Shown here: positions 61,453 through 64,000 of the stretch, piece by piece | Numbering within the stretch: position 1 is the stretch's first letter | How the letters are laid out: each line of letters opens with the position of its first letter | Source of the DNA: an uncultured Chloroflexia bacterium | Lineage (GTDB): Bacteria > Chloroflexota > Limnocylindria > Limnocylindrales > CSP1-4 | Direction: 5' to 3' | Assembly: GCA_963762445.1 (NCBI GenBank) | Contig: CAVXLA010000004.1 | Span: 358,794 to 422,793 of the forward strand | Length of the DNA stretch: 64,000 bases | Notes under the pieces: generated by a model | Databases searched by the model: none | What the model was told of the DNA's origin: nothing | What the model saw: the letters and a program-made list of their open reading frames with translations, nothing else | Made by a program: the position numbers and the translations under genes

Positions 61453-62352
61453 TCAGCCCACCTCCACGGCCTCGCGGCCGTACTGGGCGAGGAATGTCTC
61501 CTCGAGGCTGGGCTCCCGCGAGACGAAGTCCAGCAGCTCGTACCGCGCCGCGGCCTGCACGACCGGGGTGATCGCCCCGGCGACGCGCAGGCGGAGCACG
61601 TGGTCCTCGACCACCACCTCGCTGACGCCGGGGAGGGCCTCGAAGGCGGCCGCCGGGACCTCGCCCGCGAAGCGCAGCTCGACCTGGTGGTGGGCCAGGT
61701 CGCGGAGGTCGTCGACGGTGCCGACCTTCACCAGGCGTCCCTCGCGGATGATCCCGACGCGGTCGGCGGTCTTCTCCACCTCGGACAGGATGTGGGAGGA
61801 GAGGAAGACCGTCGCCCCGCCGGCCACCGCCTCGCGGAGGATGTTGAAGAAGGTCTGCTGGACGAGCGGGTCGAGGCCCGACGTCGGCTCGTCGAGCAGC
61901 AGCAGCTCGGGGCGGTGCTGGAGGGCGATGACGAGCGCGACCTTCTGCTTGTTGCCCTTGCTGTACTCCTTGAACTTCCGTGACGGGTCGAGGTCGAGGC
62001 GCTCGACGAGGCTGGCCTGGTAGGCGGGGTCGACGCCGCCGCGCAGGTTGGCGAAGTACTGGAGGTGCTGGGCGCCCGTCAGGCGGTCGTAGAGGGCGAA
62101 CTCGCCGGGCAGGTACCCGATCCGGCGATGGATCGCCACCGGGTCGGCCGACGATTCGATGCCGAAGACGCGCGCGACGCCCGAGGTCGGCCGGATCAGG
62201 TCGAGCAGGGTCCGGATCGTCGTCGTCTTGCCGGCGCCGTTCGGACCCAGGAAGCCGAAGACCTCGCCCTCCTGCACCGCCAGGTCGACCTCGACGATCC
62301 CCCGGTGGCTCCCGTAGCTCTTGGTCAGGCGCTCGGTCTCGATGACGTTCAT
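61453..62352 (-). CDS. ABC transporter ATP-binding protein (DrrA-like)
   Basis: GPNGAGKTT, YSKGNKQK, LLDEPTSGLDP, LSSH, EPSLEETF. Confidence 0.93.
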   Translation of the reverse strand: MNVIETERLTKSYGSHRGIVEVDLAVQEGEVFGFLGPNGAGKTTTIRTLLDLIRPTSGVARVFGIESSADPVAIHRRIGYLPGEFALYDRLTGAQHLQYFANLRGGVDPAYQASLVERLDLDPSRKFKEYSKGNKQKVALVIALQHRPELLLLDEPTSGLDPLVQQTFFNILREAVAGGATVFLSSHILSEVEKTADRVGIIREGRLVKVGTVDDLRDLAHHQVELRFAGEVPAAAFEALPGVSEVVVEDHVLRLRVAGAITPVVQAAARYELLDFVSREPSLEETFLAQYGREAVEVG

Positions 62353-62480
62353 GCGGACAGACACCCTTTCCGCGCCGCGCGGCGGCGCCGGCGCTCCGTC
62401 GGGAGCGACCACTCCAGCTCGAGGAGCCGGCCGGGATCCGGCCACCGCTCGAGCGCCTCCTCGCGACCTGTGCGCACGCC

Positions 62481-62948
62481 TCAGCCCGCCTCCGCGGCCC
62501 GCTTGAGCGCCGACAGCTCGGCCTCGAGACGCGGGCCGATCGTCCGGCGCTCGAGGCGCAGCAGCGCCCGGCCGAGCGGCGAGCGGCCCTCGAGGTGGAC
62601 GGCGCACGCCACCCGCGTGCCCCCGGCCGCCGGGGCCAGCTCCCAGCGCCGCTCGCCGACGATGGTGCCGCCGCCGATCGCCATCCGGAAGCGACGCTCC
62701 GGGCGCGCCTCGAGGCTCTCCAGCTCGGCCCCGAGGGCGACGGGACCCAGGCGGAACCGCGCCCGTCGGCGCGCGCCGACGGCCGGCCAGTCGGGACCGG
62801 CCGGCCCCGGGGCCAGGATGGCATCCGTGGCCGAGGCCCGGGCAGGATCGTGGAGGGCCAGCCAGACGACCGCCGGCGGCGCGTCGACGAACAGGCGGCG
62901 CTCCACCGCGTCGCGCGGGAGCCGCGGGGTGGCGGGCCCGGCTGCCAT
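62481..62948 (-). CDS. SRPBCC family protein
   Basis: VDAPPAVVWLAL...WELAPAAGGTRV...LEAELSALKRAAE. Confidence 0.7.
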   Translation of the reverse strand: MAAGPATPRLPRDAVERRLFVDAPPAVVWLALHDPARASATDAILAPGPAGPDWPAVGARRRARFRLGPVALGAELESLEARPERRFRMAIGGGTIVGERRWELAPAAGGTRVACAVHLEGRSPLGRALLRLERRTIGPRLEAELSALKRAAEAG

Positions 62949-63011
62949 GGCCCAATTATCGCACCCGGACGGTGCCACCCCCGCGCCCCGCGGGCCTGCG
63001 GAGCCGGGGGG

Positions 63012-64000
63012 TCAGATGCCGGCGCGCCGGGCCGGGAGCGGCGGCAGCCGCTTTCTCCCCTTGACCAGGAAGTGGTCGAACCAGCCGCGCACCTGGACGA
63101 GGTTCTCGACGCGCCGGAAGGGCGTGCCGGAGCGGGTCAGCTCGTGCGTCTCGTTCGGGACCCGCATCAGGCGGACGGGCCGCCGCAGGGTGCGGAGCAC
63201 GGCGAAGAGGGCCTCGGCCTGGCCCATCGGGCAGCGCAGGTCGTTCTCGGCGTGCTGGATGAGGAGCGGCGTCCGGATCCGGTCGGCGTAGGTGATCGGC
63301 GAGAGCTCGCGGTAGAGGTCGGGCGCCTCCCAGGGCTGGGCCCCGAACTCCAGGATCCCGAAGATGCCGCCCGCCAGGTCGCCGGTCAGCATGAGGCTCG
63401 TCAGGTCGGTCACGCTCCGGCAGGTCATCGCCGCCGCGAAGCGCTCCGTGTGGCCAACGATCCAGTTCGTCAGGTAGCCGCCGTACGAGCCTCCCGTCAC
63501 CCCGAGCCGGGTCGGGTCGGCGACGCCGGCCTCCACGAGGGCGTCCACGTGGGCCATGACGTCGCGCATCGGGCCGGCGCCCCAGTCGGGGAGGTTCGCG
63601 GCGTTGAAATCCTCGCCGTAGCCCTCGGAGCCCCGCGGGTTCGTGGAGAGCACGCTGACCCCGGCCCCCGCCAGGACCTGGAACTCCCAGTAGGGCGCCC
63701 ACCCGTAGAGGGTGTGGGGCCCGCCGTGGATCTCGAGCACGAGGGGGGCCGGCTCTCCCCGCTCCGCTGCGGCGGCACGGATGAGCCAGCCCTGGATCTC
63801 GCGGCCGTCGACCGTCAGGGAGCGCTCCTCGGGAGCCCGGACGTCCAGCTCGGCGAGGACCGCCTCGTTGAAGGCCGTCAGTCGGCGGGGACCGGCCCCG
63901 GCCGCTGGCCGCCCGTCGGGCGCCAGGTCCACGACGTGGACGTCCGCAAGCTCGGTTGCGGTCGAGCGGATCGCCGCGATCCGGGCGCCGCCGCCGGCGA
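63012..64000 (-). CDS. S9 family peptidase (acylaminoacyl-peptidase-like), 5' part outside the window
   Basis: IHGGPH, NPRGSEGYG, GGSYGG nucleophile, ENDLRC, ETHEL. Confidence 0.92.
   Translation of the reverse strand, partial: AGGGARIAAIRSTATELADVHVVDLAPDGRPAAGAGPRRLTAFNEAVLAELDVRAPEERSLTVDGREIQGWLIRAAAAERGEPAPLVLEIHGGPHTLYGWAPYWEFQVLAGAGVSVLSTNPRGSEGYGEDFNAANLPDWGAGPMRDVMAHVDALVEAGVADPTRLGVTGGSYGGYLTNWIVGHTERFAAAMTCRSVTDLTSLMLTGDLAGGIFGILEFGAQPWEAPDLYRELSPITYADRIRTPLLIQHAENDLRCPMGQAEALFAVLRTLRRPVRLMRVPNETHELTRSGTPFRRVENLVQVRGWFDHFLVKGRKRLPPLPARRAGI

Overview
A very GC-rich bacterial chromosomal segment. Gene content (RibXY-type riboflavin ABC transporter, F420 cofDCE cluster, many leaderless-looking genes) suggests Chloroflexota, possibly Limnocylindria-like; this is inference only. 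In order it holds: an unannotated, highly structured non-coding element at 36-336 (nine C-GCAA-G hairpins in two multiway junctions); an ABC transporter with an internal variant FMN riboswitch; a yceI/marR pair with twin operators; aceE, pncA, a 5'-3' exonuclease, an inositol monophosphatase, an LLM oxidoreductase and deoD; xylAB plus xylFHG; a vanadium-haloperoxidase-like / CRTAC1 / M24 trio; an F420 cluster; trxB; an ABC exporter; an OsmC-family gene; argCJBRG with tandem ARG boxes; a GAF histidine kinase and response regulator; a stand-alone Hcy S-methyltransferase domain; gltB, ldh and argH; MFS and EamA transporters; tag; an ABC-2 exporter; and a truncated S9 peptidase. I found no rRNA, tRNA, CRISPR array or mobile element. 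Several single-base insertions break genes and are probably consensus errors. Product calls come from recognising motifs by eye, with no database searches. The best candidate for something undescribed is the GCAA-hairpin RNA at the left edge.
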